DNA of 63,613 bases, counting the filler, from Octopus bimaculoides (lineage: Eukaryota), in NCBI RefSeq assembly GCF_001194135.2. It is 4 parts of 3 records of this genome, joined end to end, with 100 filler letters (N's around TTAATTAATTAA, not from the genome) between each part and the next. Parts side by side here need not be neighbours in the genome. Positions count along the whole stretch, not along the records: positions 51,050 to 63,613 come from NC_068987.1; 3 more parts are not named here. One strand, given 5' to 3'. A program made the translations under genes and the position numbers. The stretch's first letter is position 1; each line of letters opens with the position of its first letter. Under the pieces are notes generated by a model, which did not search any database, was not told the origin of the DNA, and saw nothing but the letters and a program-made list of their open reading frames with translations. Of this stretch, positions 61,562-63,613 are shown piece after piece.

Positions 61562-63613
61562 TGTGTAGGAGGTGTATGCATTATGTATGCATGTATGTAT
61601 ATAAATAGGGGTAATCGTTCCAAGTAACACCCAAAACTGTACATAAAGGCGGAAAGCAATGTTTTATTTGCCCATCAATCAATGGCAAATGCATAAAGAT
61701 ATATATGTAATCGTGTGTGTGCGGGCAGGCGGGAGCGCGTTTTCGTTAATGAAAGGTAGGGCGATGTGTTGATAGAATCGTACGACTCAAATCTTCCCCT
61801 CAAAACTGCTGAGCATATGTGTAAATCGGAAGTCAATACAGTGGTGTTATCCATATACAAACGGTTCTCTAAATGAACAAACAGAATAATGAAGGGTTTT
61901 GTTAGGCATTTTTTTTTCCGAAGAAAATTGAAAATTAAACAAGCTAAAATTTAATCAACGAACTGTGAACCGGTCATACATGCATACACGTAACTGGGAG
62001 CACATTCATTTAACGATGATAGATTAGAACAACAAACTACGAACAGATAACGCACGTGTATAAATACTGGGAGAGCATATACGAACGGTACACTAAATTA
62101 TACAGCGAATAGGTTTTCTGAAGAAATTATATTCAGCTAAAATTTTGTCCAAGTAGATAAGGGTATTTATTCCAGGTGACACCGTTCAATCGAGGGGGAA
62201 TAACTTTTCTGTTAACAAATAATTCGTGGCTGCGATTTTCCATTGTTTTGGTTTACAGAGAATTTCTAAATTCCACTGCAACTATGAACTCGATTCTAGT
62301 ATATCATTTGGTTTTTTTGCCTGTATTTCTTTCCATATTTCTACCAAATAATTTATTCGGCACAACTGTTGGTAAGTTTTATAGAAAAACAATAATAGCC
62401 GATGAAAACAAAACAACCTAACAACCAAAACTATTTATTTTTTTAAGAAACTTTTCAAATAATGTCTTTAATCTCCTTTTGTAAAGGAATTAGTGTCACT
62501 ACTTCCTATCTCGTAGTACCTAAAAATATCCTGTTTTTGCTAGAAATTATGTTGATTTTTTTTTGTTTTGTTTATGTTTGTTTTTGTTATTTGACAATTT
62601 ACGATAAATATTTGTATGTATAAAAGTATTATGACGAATAGCTATTGTCTGGCTGCTAGAGAAAACATAACGGGATTCTATATTTTATGCGAGGGTAAAT
62701 TATGGTATTCTTGCGTATTCTAAAGGAAAAGAGTTAGGGAAAGTGGAATGTAGTATCTTCGGGTGGAGTTTGGCATGAGCTGTCCTTCGAAGTTAAATAC
62801 TTCATGAGAAAGGAAAGAGTACGGAGATAGACGTCAAAAATGCAAACAAAACTTTGAGATCTATTTTGTATTTTTTTCCAGAATCGTAACTTTGTATAGA
62901 AAAAATATTATAGGACAAAAACTAAAACTTTCCTTTCAGTTAGGTATGGGACTACGAAGGGCATCTTTTCCAAATCTCTACCATTACTTTTATTAAGAAT
63001 TTAAACTGTATCACTGATTTATCTTGTCATAGTAGTGACCAATTCCTGCCCAGTGACCCATGCTAAAACAATTAGAATTGTAAATTATTCTCGCTAATTG
63101 TTTATTATTATAATTATCACAAATACCTCTTCCAGCAACCCATACTAAAACGATTATCGTTAATTATTCTCGCTAATCGCTTTTCATTATAATTATCACA
63201 AATGACTATCACTTTAAAAGAAATTAAAGTCATATATTGCTACAAATGTAGCAATCGTTATAGAGTTGAGGTGGTGATAAAGCTATATTGTGTTGTGATT
63301 TCGATTTTTGGCCCCCTAAAGCATGAATGTTTACATATATATATTTCCCTGTCGTGTTTTTTGTTTGTCGCTTAATTCCTCCGCATCACAAATTTTATTT
63401 AATTTGCTTTGCGGGAAGAGCTATTCTAACAATGCGTCCTGCCCTAACTCATTGAAATGCTTAGTTTAGAATAGGGGCAACTGATGAAGGAAATGTTCTC
63501 TATGTGGCCTTGTCTGTTTTCCTGTGTGTTCCTTCCTTTGTCCGAAAACATGCTTGTTTTCTTCGGTGCTTTGTTTATGTTCTCACTTTTCATTTTGTCC
63601 ACGTTTTTTTTTT

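Overview
Repeat-saturated, AT-rich animal genomic DNA with many N gaps and dense microsatellites. The repeat families suggest a cephalopod such as Octopus (inference). Most of the window is tRNA-derived SINEs of about five recurring families, which I label A-F arbitrarily. It also holds decayed LINEs (RTE, CR1, L1/Tx1, HERO-like, Penelope-like), MITEs and DNA transposon fragments (mariner, Tigger-like, hAT-like, a foldback) and several solo or nested LTRs. The only host coding sequence I can support is a first coding exon at 43175-43262 (+) ending in the HAD motif DTFLFDCDG, typical of PGP/PDXP-type phosphatases; I could not find exon 2. The most unusual region is an LTR nest at 36.4-40.2 kb. 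There, one LTR has a predicted transcript 5' end complementary to its own first primer-binding site (Tf1-like self-priming geometry), followed by three tRNA-Trp-type PBS copies. A neighbouring LTR carries a 45-nt extended and duplicated copy of the tRNA-Trp 3' half. Other oddities are a palindrome built from two divergent tRNA-like sequences (3.4-3.7 kb) and two sites where SINE pairs share a triplicated target duplication. Family assignments come from recalled motifs, not database searches.
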